From contig OZ024741.1 in the NCBI GenBank assembly GCA_964016885.1, positions 5,394,001 to 5,458,000 on the forward strand: a DNA stretch of 64,000 nt, in the 5' to 3' direction. Each line of letters begins with the position of its first letter. Within the stretch, counting starts at the first letter, position 1. Source of the stretch: Eledone cirrhosa. Taxonomy: Eukaryota. The notes below the pieces were generated by a model. It had not been told where the DNA came from, ran no database searches, and saw only the letters and a list, made by a program, of their open reading frames with translations. Made by a program: the position numbers and the translations under genes. This document shows positions 1 to 12,218 of the stretch, in pieces.

Positions 1-2387
1 TTGAGGAGGTTATTACAGTGGTCCACTTTAGGTTATTACAGTGGTCCACATGAGGTTATTACAGTGGTCCACTTGAGGAGGTTATTACAGTGGTCCACTT
101 CAGGTTATTACAGTGGTGCACTTGAGGAGCCTATTACAGTGGTCCACTTGAGGTTATTAAAGTGGTCCACTTGAGGAGGTTATTACAGTGGTACATTTTA
201 GGTGGCTATTACAGTGGTCCACTTGAGGAGGTTATTACAGTGGTCCACTTGAGGAGGTTATTACAGTGGTCCACTTGAGGAGGTTATTACAGTGGTCCAC
301 TTGAGGTTATTACAGTGGTCCACGTGAGGAGGCTATTACAGTGGTCCACTTGAGGTGGCTATTACAGTGGTCCACTTGACGAGGTTATTACGGTGGTCCA
401 CTTGAGGAGGCTATTACAGTGGTCCACTTGAGGAGGCTATTACAGAGGTCCACTTGAGGTGGCTATTACAGTGGTCCACTTGAGGTTATTACAGTGGTCC
501 ACTTGAGGAGGTTATTACAGTGGTCCACTTGAGGTTATTACAGTGGTCCACGTGAGGAGGCTATTACAGTGGTCCACTTGAGGAGGCTATTACAGTGGTC
601 CACTTGAGGAGGCTATTACAGTGGTCCACTTGAGGTTATTACAGTGGTCCACTTGAGTAGGCTATTACAGAGGTCCACTTGAGGTTATTACAGTGGTCCA
701 CTTGAGGTTATTACAGTGGTCTTCTTGATGTTATTACAGTGGTCCACTTGAAGTTATTACAGTGGTCCACTTGAGGAGGCTATTACAGAGGTCCACTTGA
801 GATTATTACAGTGGTCCACTTGAGGAGGTTATTACAGTGGTCCACTTAAGGAGGTTATTACAGTGGTCCACTTGAGGAGACTATTACAGTGGTTCACTTG
901 AGGAGGTTATTACAGTGGTCCACTTGAGGAGGTTATTACAGTGGTCCACTTGAGGTTATTACAGTGGTCCAATTGAGGAGGTTATTACAGTGGTCCACTT
1001 GAGGAGGCTATTACAGTGGTCCATTTGAGGTTATTACAGTGGTCCACTTGAGGAGGTTATTACAGTGGTCCACTTGAGGTTATTACAGTGGTCCACTTGA
1101 GGTTATTACAGTTGTCCACTTGAGGTTATTACAGTGGTCCACTTGTAGAGGTTATTACAGTGGTGCACTTCAGGTTATTACAGTGGTCCACATGAGGATT
1201 TTATTACAGTGGTCCACTTGAGGTAGCTATTACAGTGGTCCACTTGAGGAGGTTATTACAGTGGTCCACTTTAGGTTATTACAGTGGTCCACCTGAGGTT
1301 ATTACAGTGGTCCACTTGAGGAGGTTATTACAGTGGTCCACTTCAGGTTATTACAGTGGTGCACCTGAGGAGCCTATTACAGTGGTCCACTTGAGGTTAT
1401 TAAAGTGGTCCACTTGAGGAGGTTATTACAGTGGTACATTTTAGGTGGCTATTACAGTGGTCCACTTGAGGAGGTTATTACAGTGGTCCACTTGAGGAGG
1501 TTATTACAGTGGTCCACTTGAGGAGGTTATTACAGTGGTCCACTTGAGGTTATTACAGTGGTCCACGTGAGGAGGCTATTACAGTGGTCCACTTGAGGTG
1601 GCTATTACAGTGGTCCACTTGACGAGGTTATTACGGTGGTCCACTTGAGGAGGCTATTACAGTGGTCCACTTGAGGAGGCTATTACAGAGGTCCACTTGA
1701 GGTGGCTATTACAGTGGTCCACTTGAGGTTATTACAGTGGTCCACTTGAGGAGGTTATTACAGTGGTCCACTTGAGGTTATTACAGTGGTCCACGTGAGG
1801 AGGCTATTACAGTGGTCCACTTGAGGAGGCTATTACAGTGGTCCACTTGAGGAGGCTATTACAGTGGTCCACTTGAGGTTATTACAGTGGTCCACTTGAG
1901 TAGGCTATTACAGAGGTCCACTTGAGGTTATTACAGTGGTCCACTTGAGGTTATTACAGTGGTCTTCTTGATGTTATTACAGTGGTCCACTTGAAGTTAT
2001 TACAGTGGTCCACTTGAGGAGGCTATTACAGAGGTCCACTTGAGATTATTACAGTGGTCCACTTGAGGAGGTTATTACAGTGGTCCACTTAAGGAGGTTA
2101 TTACAGTGGTCCACTTGAGGAGACTATTACAGTGGTTCACTTGAGGAGGTTATTACAGTGGTCCACTTGAGGAGGTTATTACAGTGGTCCACTTGAGGTT
2201 ATTACAGTGGTCCAATTGAGGAGGTTATTACAGTGGTCCACTTGAGGAGGCTATTACAGTGGTCCATTTGAGGTTATTACAGTGGTCCACTTGAGGAGGT
2301 TATTACAGTGGTCCACTTGAGGTTATTACAGTGGTCCACTTGAGGTTATTACAGTTGTCCACTTGAGGTTATTACAGTGGTCCACTT
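1..2387 (+). repeat. 1,243-bp-period local tandem duplication (1..~1144 repeated at 1244..~2387)
   Basis: The same ordered variants (CACTTTAGG, GAGCCTATT, GGTACATTTT, GACGAGG, GAGTAGG, GGTCTTCTTGATG, GAGACTATT) recur at +1,243. Confidence 0.9.
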
Positions 2388-5300
2388 GAGGAGGCTATTA
2401 CAGTGGTCCACTTGAGGTTATTACAGTGATCCACTTGAGGAGGTTATTACAGTGGTCCACTTGAGGTTATTACAGTGGTCCACTTGAGGTTATTACAGTT
2501 GTCCACTTGAGGAGGCTATTACAGTGGTCCACTTGAGGTTATTACAGTTGTCCACTTGAGGAAGCTATTACAGTGGTCCACTTGAGGTTATTACAGTGGT
2601 CCACTTGAGGAAGCTATTACAGTGGTCCACTTGAGGTTATTACAGTGGTCCACTTGAGGAGGCTATTACAGTGGTCCACTTGAGGTTATTACAGTGGTCC
2701 ATTTGAGGAGGTTATTACAGTGGTCCACTTGAGGAGGCTATTACAGTGGTCCACTTGAGGTTATTACAGTGGTCCACTTGAGGAGGTTATTACAGTGGTC
2801 CACTTGAGGAGGTTATTACAGTGGTCCACTTGAGGTTAATACAGAGGTCCACTTGAGGAGGTTATTACAGTGGTCCACTTGAGGTTTTTACAGTGGTCCA
2901 TTTGAGGAGGTTATTACAGTGGTCCACTTGAGGAGGTTATTACAGTGGTCCACTTGAGGTTATTACAGTGGTCCACTTCAGGAGGCTATTACAGTGGTCC
3001 ACTTGAAGAGGCTATTACAGTGGTCCACTTGAGAAGGTTATTACAGTGGTCCTCTTGAGGTTATTACAGTGGTCCACTTGAGGAGGCTATTAGAGTGGTC
3101 CACTTGAGGAGGTTATTACAGTGGTCCACTTGAGAAGGTTATTACAGTGGTTCACTTGAGGTTATTACAGTGGTCAACTTGAGGAGGCTATTACAGTGGT
3201 CCACTTGAGGTGGTTATTACAGCGGTCCACTTGAGGTTATTACAGTGGTCCACTTGAGGCTATTACAGTGGTCCACTTGCGGAGGCTATTACAGAGGTCC
3301 ACTTGAGGAGGTTATTATAGGGGTCCACTTGAGGTGGTTATTACAGTGGTCCACTTGAGAAGGTTATTACGGTGGTCCAGTTTAGGTTATTACAGTGGTC
3401 CACTTGTGGAGGTTATTACAGTGGTCAACTTGAGGTTATTACAGTGGTCCACTTGAGGAGGTTATTACAGTGGTCCACTTGAAGAGGTTATTACAGTGGT
3501 CCACTTGAGGTTATTACAGTGGTCCACTTGAGGAGGTTATTACAGTGGTCCACTTCAGGTTATTACAGTGGTCCACTTGAGGTGGCTATTACAGTGGTCC
3601 ACTTGAGGAGGCTATTACAGTGGTCCACTTGAGGAGGTTATTACAGTGGTCCACTTGAGGAGGTTATTACAGTGGTCCACTTGAGGTGGCTATTACAGTG
3701 GTTCACTTGAGGTTATTACAGTGGTTCAATTGAGGAGGTTATTACAGTGGTCCACTTGAGGTTATTACAGTGGTCCAATTGAGGAGGTTATTACAGTGGT
3801 CCACTTGAGGAGGTTATTACAGTGGTCCACTTGAGGTTATTACAGTGTTCCACTTGAGGTGGTTACTACAGTGGTCCACTTGAGGAGGTTATTACAGTGG
3901 TCCACTTGAGGTTATTACAGTGGTCCACTTGAGGACGCTATTACAGTGGTCCACTTAAGGTTATTACAGTGGTCCACTTGAGGAGGTTATTACAGTGGTC
4001 CACTTGAGGCTATTACAGTGGTCCACTTGAGGAGGCCATTACAGTGGTCCACTTGAGGTTATTACAGTGGTCCACTTGAGGAGGCTATTACAGCGGTCCA
4101 CTTGAGGTTATTACAGTGGTCCACTTGAGGTTATTACAGTGGTCCACTTGAGGAGGCTATTACAGTGGTCCACTTGAGAAGGTTATTACAGTGGCCCACT
4201 TGAGGTTATAACAGTGGTCCACTTGAGGATGTTTTTAGAGTTGTCCACTTGAGGAGGTTATTACAGTGGTCCATTTGAGAAGGGTATTACAGTGGTCCAC
4301 TTGAGGAGGCTATTACAGTGGTCCACTTGAGAAGGTCATTACAGTGGCCCACTTGAGGTTATTACAGTGGTCCACTTGAGGATGTTTTTAGAGTTGTCCA
4401 CTTGAGGAGGTTATTACAGTGGTCCAATTGAGAAGGTTATTACAGTGGTCCACTTGAGGTTATTACAGTGGTCCACTTGAGGTTATTACAGTGGTCCACT
4501 TGTAGGGGTTATTACAGTGGTGCACATCAGGTTATTACAGTGGTCCACATGAGGTGGCTATTACAGTGGTCCACTTGAGGAGGTTATTACAGTGGTCCAC
4601 TTGAGGTTATTACAGTGGTCCACTTGAGGTTATTACAGTGGTCCACTTGAGAAGGTTATTACAGTGGTCCACTTGAGGAGGTTATTACAATGGTCCACTT
4701 GGGGAGGTTATTACAGTGGTCCACATGAGGTGGCTATTACAGTGGTCCACTTGAGGAGGTTATTACAGTGGTCCACTTGAGGTTATTACAGTGGTCCACT
4801 TGAGGTTATAACAGTGGTCCACTTGAGAAGGTTATTACAGTGGTCCACTTGAGGAGGTCATTACAGTGGTCCACTTGAGGTGGTTATTACAGCGGTCCAC
4901 TTGAGGTTATTAAAGTAGTCCAATTGAGGTTATTACAGTGGTCCACTTGAGGTTATTCCAGTGGTCCACTTGAGGAGGTTATTACAGTGGTCCACTTGAG
5001 GTTATTACAGTGGTCCACTTGAGGTTATTACAGTGGTCCACTTGTAGGGGTTATTACAGTGGTGCACATCAGGTTATTACAGTGGTCCACACGAGGTGGC
5101 TATTACAGTGGTCCACTTGAGGAGGTTATTACAGTGGTCCACTTGAGGTTATTACAGTGGTCCACTTGAGGTTATTACAGTGGTCCACTTGAGAAGGTTA
5201 TTACAGTGGTCCACTTGAGGAGGTTATTACAATGGTCCACTTGGGGAGGTTATTACAGTGGTCCTCTTGAGGAGGCTATTACAGTGGTCCACTTGATGTT

Positions 5301-8300
5301 ATTACAGTCGTCCACTTGAGGAGGTTATTACAGTGGTCCACTTGAGGAGGCTATTACAGTGGTCCACTTGAGGTTATTACAGTGGTCCACTTGAGGAGGT
5401 TATTACAGTGGTCCACTTGAGGAGGTTATTACAGTGGTCCACTTGAGGTTAATACAGAGGTCCACTTGAGGAGGTTATTACAGTGGTCCACTTGAGGTTA
5501 TTACAGTGGTCCATTTGAGGAGGTTATTACAGTGGTCCACTTGAGGAGGTTATTACAGTGGTCAACTTGAGGTTATTACAGTGGTCCACTTGAGGAGGTT
5601 ATTACAGTGGTCCACTTGAAGAGGTTATTACAGTGGTCCACTTGAGGTGGCTATTACAGTGGTCCACTTGACGAGGTTATTACGGTGGTCCACTTGAGGA
5701 GGCTATTACAGTGGTCCACTTGAGGAGGCTATTACAGAGGTCCACTTGAGGTGGTTATTACAGTGGTCCACTTGAGGTTATTACAGTGGTCCACTTGAGG
5801 AGGTTATTACAGTGGTCCACTTGAGGTTATTACAGTGGTCCACGTGAGGAGGCTATTACAGTGGTCCACTTGAGGAGGCTATTACAGTGGTCCACTTCAG
5901 GTTATTACAGTGGTGCACTTGAGGAGCCTATTACAGTGGTCCACTTGAGGTTATTAAAGTGGTCCACTTGAGGATGTTATTACAGTGGTACATTTTAGGT
6001 GGCTATTACAGTGGTCCACTTGAGGAGGTTATTACAGTGGTCCACTTGAGGAGGTTATTACAGTGGTCCACTTGAGGAGGTTATTACAGTGGTCCACTTG
6101 AGGTTATTACAGTGGTCCATGTGAGGAGGCTATTACAGTGGTCCACTTGAGGTGGCTATTACAGTGGTCCACTTGACGAGGTTATTACGGTGGTCCACTT
6201 GAGGAGGCTATTACAGTGGTCCACTTGAGGAGGCTATTACAGAGGTCCACTTGAGGTGGCTATTACAGTGGTCCACTTGAGGTTATTACAGTGGTCCACT
6301 TGAGGAGGTTATTACAGTGGTTCACTTGAGGTTATTACAGTGGTCCACGTGAGGAGGCTATTACAGTGGTCCACTTGAGGAGGCTATTACAGTGGTCCAC
6401 TTGAGGAGGTTATTACAGTGGTCCACTTGAGGTTATTACAGTGGTCCACTTGAGGAGGCTATTACAGAGGTCCACTTGAGATTATTACAGTGGTCCACTT
6501 GAGGAGGTTATTACAGTGGTCCACTTAAGGAGGTTATTACAGTGGTCCACTTGAGGAGACTATTACAGTGGTTCACTTGAGGAGGTTATTACAGTGGTCC
6601 ACTTGAGGAGGTTATTACAGTGGTCCACTTGAGGTTATTACAGTGGTCCAATTGAGGAGGTTATTACAGTGGTCCACTTGAGGAGGCTATTACAGTGGTC
6701 CACTTGAGGAGGTTATTACAGTGGTCCACTTGAGCTCATTACAGTGGTCCACTTGAGGAGGTTATTACAGTGGTCCACTTGAGGAGGTTATTACAGTGGT
6801 CCACTTGTGGTTATTACAGTGGTCCACTTGAGGAGGCTATTACAGTGGTCCATTTGAGGTTATTACAGTGGTCCACTTGAGGAGGTTATTACAGTGGTCC
6901 ACTTGAGGTTATTACAGTGGTCCACTTGAGGTTATTACAGTTGTCCACTTGAGGTTATAACAGTGGTCCACTTGAGGAGGCTATTACAGTGGTCCACTTG
7001 AGGTTATTACAGTGATCCACTTGAGGAGGTTATTACAGTGGTCCACTTGAGGTTATTACAGTGGTCCACTTGAGGTTATTACAGTGGTCCACTTGAGGAG
7101 GCTATTACAGTGGTCCACTTGAGGTTATTACAGTTGTCCACTTGAGGAAGCTATTACAGTGGTCCACTTGAGGTTATTACAGTGGTCCACTTGAGGAGGC
7201 TATTACAGTGGTCCACTTGAGGTTATTACAGTGGTCCACTTGAGGTTATTACAGTGGTCCACTTGAGGAGGCTATTACAGTGGTCCACTTGATGTTATTA
7301 CAGTGGTCCACTTGTGGAGGTTATTACAGTGGTCCACTTGAGGTTATTACAGTGGTCGAGTTGAGGTTATTACAGTGGTCCACTTGAGGGGGCTATTACA
7401 GTGGTCCACGTGAGAAGGTTATTACAGTGGTCCACTTGAGGTTATTACAGTGGTCCACTTGAGGAGTTTATTACAGTGGTCCACTTGAGGGGTTATTACA
7501 GTGGTCCACTTGAGAAGGTTATTACAGTGGTCCACTTGAGGAGGTTATTACAGTGGTCCACTTGATGTTATTACAGTGGTCCACTTGAGGAGGCTATTAC
7601 AGTGGTCCACTTGAGGAGGTTATTACAGTGGTCCACTTGAGGAGGCTATTACAGTGGTCTACTTGAGGTTATTACAGTGGTCCACTTGAGGGGGTTATTA
7701 CAGTGGTCCACTTGAGGTTATTACAGTGGTCCAATTGAGGAGGTTATTACAGTGGTCCACTTGAGGTTATTACAGTGGACCAATTGAGGAGGTTATTACA
7801 GTGGTCCGCTTGAGGAGGTTATTACAGTGGTCCACTTGAGGTTATTACAGTGGTCCACTTGAGGAGGTTATTACAGTGCTCCACTTGAGGTTATTACAGT
7901 GGTCCACTTGAGGAGGTTATTACAGTGGTCCGTTTGAGGAGGTTATTACAGTGGTCCACTTGAGGTTATTACAGTGGTCCACTTGAGGAGGTTATTACAG
8001 TGGTCCAATTGAGGAGGTTATTACAGTGGTCCACTTGAGGAGGTTATTACAGTGGTCCACTTGAGGAGGTTATTACAGAGGTCCAATTGAGGAGGTTATT
8101 ACAGTGGTCCACTTGAGGAGGTTATTACAGTGGTCCAGTTGAGGTTATTACAGTGGTACACTAGAGGAGGTTATTACAGTGGTCCACTTGAGGTTATTAC
8201 AGTGGTCCACTTGAGGAGGTTATTACAGTGGTCCACTTGAGGTTATTACAGTGGTCCACTTGAGGAGGCTATTACAGTGGTCCACTTGAGGTTATTACAG

Positions 8301-11300
8301 TGGTCCACTTGAGGAGGTTATTACAGTGGTCCACTTGAGGTTATTACAGTGGTCCACTTGAGGAGGTTATTACAGTGGTCCAATTGAGGAGGTTATTACA
8401 GTGGTCCACTTGAGGTTATTACAGTGGGCCACTAGAGGAGGTTATTACAGTGGTCCACTTGAGGTTATTACAGTGGTCCACTTGAGGAGGCTATTACAGT
8501 GGTCCACTTGAGGAGGTTATTACAGTGGTCCACTTGAGGAGGTTATTACAGTAGTCCACTTGAGGTGGTTATTACAGTGGTCCACTTGAGGTGGTTATTA
8601 CAGTGGTCCACTTGAGGAGGCTATTACAGTGGTCCACTTGAGGAGGTTATTACAGTGGTCCACTTGAGGTTATTACAGTGGTCCACTTGAGGTTATTATA
8701 GTGGTTCACTTGAGGAGGCTATTACAGTGGTCCACTTGAGGTTATTACAGTGGTCCACTTGAGGAGGCTATTAAAGTGGTCCACTTGAGGTTATTACAGT
8801 GATCCACTTGAGGAGGCTATTACAGTGGTCCACTTGAGGTTATTTCAGTGATCCACTTGAGGAGGTTATTACAGTGGTCCACTTGAGGTTATTACAGTGG
8901 TCCACTTGAGGTTATTACAGTGGTCCACTTGAGGGGGCTATTACAGTGGTCCACTTGAGAAGGTTATTACAGTGGTCAAGTTGAGGTTATTACAGTGGTC
9001 CCCTTGAGGAGGCTATTACAGTGGTCCACTTGAGAAGGCTATTACAGTGGTCCACTTGAGAAGGTTATTACAGTGGTCCACTTGAGGTTATTACAGTGGA
9101 CCATTTGAGGAGGTTATTATAGTGCTCCACTTGAGGAGGTTATTACAGTGGTCCACTTGAGGAGGTTATTACAGTGGTCCACTTGAGGAGGTTATTACAG
9201 TGGTCCACTTGAGGAGGTTATTACAGTGGTCCACTTGAGGTGGCTATTACAGTGGTTCACTTGAGGTTATTACATTGGTCCAATTGAGGAGGTTATTACA
9301 GTGGTCCACTTGAGGAGGCTATTACAGTGGTCCACTTGAGGTTATTACAGTGGTCCACTTGAGGAGGTTAATACAGTGGTCCACTTGAGTTTATTACAGT
9401 GGTCCACTTGAGGAGGCTATTACAGTGGTCCACTTGAGGAGGTTATTACAGTGGTCCACTTGAGGTTATTACAGTGGTCCACTTGTGGAGGCTATTACAG
9501 TGGTCCACTTGAGGTTATTACAGTGGTCCACTTGAGGAGGTTATTACAGTGGTCCACTTGAGGTTATTACAGTGGTCCACTTGAGGAGGCTATTACAGTG
9601 GTCCATTTGAGGTTATTACAGTGGTCCACTTGAGGAGGTTATTACAGTGGTCCACTTGAGGTTATTACAGTGGTCCACTTGAGGTTATTACAGTTGTCCA
9701 CTTGATGTTATTACAGTGGTCCACTTGAGGAGGCTATTACAGTGGTCCACTTGAGGTTATTACAGTGATCCACTTGAGGAGGTTATTACAGTGGTCCATT
9801 TGAGGTTATTACAGTGATCCACTTGAGGTTATTACAGTGGTCCACTTGAGGAGGCTATTACAGTGGTCCACTTGAGGTTATTACAGTTGTCCACTTGAGG
9901 AAGCTATTACAGTGGTCCACTTGAGGTTATTACAGTGGTCCACTTGAGGAGGCTATTAGAGTGGTCCACTTGAGGTTATTACAGTGGTCCACTTCAGGTT
10001 ATTACAGTGGTCCACTTGAGGAGGCTATTACAGTGGTCCACTTGATGTTATTACAGTGGTCCACTTGTGGAGGTTATTACAGTGGTCCACTTGAGGTTAT
10101 TACAGTGGTCGACTTGAGGTTATTACAGTGGTCCACTTGTGGAGGTTATTACAATGGTCCACTTGAGGAGGTTATTACAGTGGTCCACTTGAGGTTATTA
10201 CAGTGGTCCACTTGAGGAGGTTATTACAGTGGTCCACTTGAGGTTATTACAGTGGTCCACTTGAGGATTTTATTACAGTGGTCCACTTGAGGTTATTACA
10301 ATGGTCCACATGAGGATTTTATTACAGTGTTCCACTTGAGGAGGTTATTACAGTGGTCCACTTGAGGAGGTTATTACAGTGGTCCACTTGAGATTATTAC
10401 AGTGGTCCACTTGAGGTTATTACAGTGGTCCACTTGAGGTGGCTATTAAAGTGGTCCACTTGTGGACGTTATTACAGTGGTCCACTTGAGGTTATTACAG
10501 TGGTCCACTTGAGGTGGCTATTACAGTGGTCCACTTGAGGAGGCTATTACAGTGGTCCACTTGAGGAGGTTATTACAGTGGTCCACTTGAGGAGGTTATT
10601 ACAGTGGTCCACTTGAGGTTATTACAGTGGTCCAATTGAGGAGGTTATTACAGTGGTCCACTTGAGGAGGTTATTACAGTGGTCCACTTGAGGTTATTAC
10701 AGTGTTCCACTTGAGGTGGTTACTACAGTGGTCCACTTGAGGAGGTTATTACAGTGGTCCACTTGAGGTTATTACAGTGGTCCACTTGAGGAGGCTATTA
10801 CAGTGGTCCACTTAAGGTTATTACAGTGGTCCACTTGAGGAGGTTATTACAGTGGCCCAGTTGAGGAGGTTATTACAGTGGTCCACTTGAGGCTATTACA
10901 GTGGTCCACTTGAGGAGGCCATTACAGTGGTCCACTTGAGGTTATTACAGTGGTCCACTTGAGGAGGCTATTACAGCGGTCCAATTGAGGTTATTACAGT
11001 GGTCCACTTGAGGAGGTTATTACAGTGGTCCACTTGAGGTTATTACAGTGGTCCACTTGAGGAGGCTATTACAGTGGTCCACTTGAGAAGGTTATTACAG
11101 TGGCCCACTTGAGGTTATTACAGTGGTCCACTTGAGGATGTTTTTAGAGTTGTCAACTTGAGGAGGTTATTACAGTGGTCCAATTGAGAAGGGTATTACA
11201 GTGGTCCACTTGAGGAGGCTATTACAGTGGTCCACTTGAGAAGGTCATTACAGTGGCCCACTTGAGGTTATTACAGTGGTCCACTTGAGGATGTTTTTAG

Positions 11301-12218
11301 AGTTGTCCACTTGAGGAGGTTATTACAGTGGTCCAATTGATAAGGTTATTACAGTGGTCCACTTGAGGTCATTACAGTGGTCCACTTGAGGTGGTTATTA
11401 CAGCGGTCCACTTGAGGTTATTAAAGTAGTCCAATTGAGGTTATTACAGTGGTCCACTTGAGGTTATTCCAGTGGTCCACTTGAGGAGGTTATTACAGTG
11501 GTCCACTTGAGGTTATTACAGTGGTCCACTTGAGGTTATTACAGTGGTCCACTTGTAGGGGTTATTACAGTGGTGCACTTCAGGTTATTACAGTGGTCCA
11601 CATGAGGATTTTATTACAGTGGTCCACTTGAGGTGGCTATTACAGTGGTCCACTTGAGGAGGTTATTACAGTGGTCCACTTGAGGTTATTACAGTGGTCC
11701 ACTTGAGGTTATTACAGTGGTCCACTTGAGAAGGTTATTACAGTGGTCCACTTGAGGAGGTTATTACAATGGTCCACTTGGGGAGGTTATTACAGTGGTC
11801 CTCTTGAGGAGGCTATTACAGTGGTCCACTTGAGGTTATTACAGTGGTCCACTTGAGGAGGTTATTACAGTGGTCCACTTGAGGAGGCTATTACAGTGGT
11901 CCACTTGAGGTTATTACAGTGGTCCACTTGAGGAGGTTATTACAGTGGTCCACTTGAGGAGGTTATTACAGTGGTCCACTTGAGGTTAATACAGAGGTCC
12001 ACTTGAGGAGGTTATTACAGTGGTCCACTTGAGGTTATTACAGTGGTCCATTTGAGGAGGTTATTACAGTGGTCCACTTGAGGAGGTTATTACAGTGGTC
12101 CACTTGAGGTTATTACAGTGGTCCACTTGTAGAGGTTATTACAGTGGTGCACTTCAGGTTATTACAGTGGTCCACATGAGGATTTTATTACAGTGGTCCA
12201 CTTGAGGTAGCTATTACA
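1235..12218 (+). repeat. Higher-order block X, copy 1 (10,984 bp)
   Basis: Distance between GGTAGCTATT-anchored landmarks (ORF starts 1235 and 12219). X-specific markers are CCACACGAGG (~5087) and TTGAGCTCATT (6730). Confidence 0.9.
4140..4445 (+). repeat. 153-bp (6-monomer) duplication containing the divergent monomer TTGAGGATGTTTTTAGAGTTGTCCAC; 12 such pairs in the window
   Basis: GATGTTTTT pairs start at 4228/4381, 11137/11290, 15186, 17926, 22336, 29718, 33793, 40702, 44678, 49062, 56418 and 60470/60622 (the last pair is 152 bp apart). 153 = 5x26+23. Confidence 0.9.

Noticed and set aside
1235-1417. 60-aa ORF family (10 copies in the track)
   Set aside because: It is a translation of the satellite from a GTG. 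Both 23 and 26 are 2 mod 3, so the TGA falls in frame every third monomer; two point variants (TTA, TCA) remove stops by chance. No coding evidence.
4231-4244. GTTTTTAGAGTTGT resembles the 5' end of type II-A CRISPR repeats (GTTTTAGAGC...)
   Set aside because: It aligns without gaps to the satellite monomer with a few substitutions; the rest of a 36-bp repeat and spacers are absent.
9961-10215. 84-aa ORF family (4 copies)
   Set aside because: Same cause: TGA changed to TCA/TGT/TGT at three-monomer spacing. The copies recur only because the blocks are duplicated.
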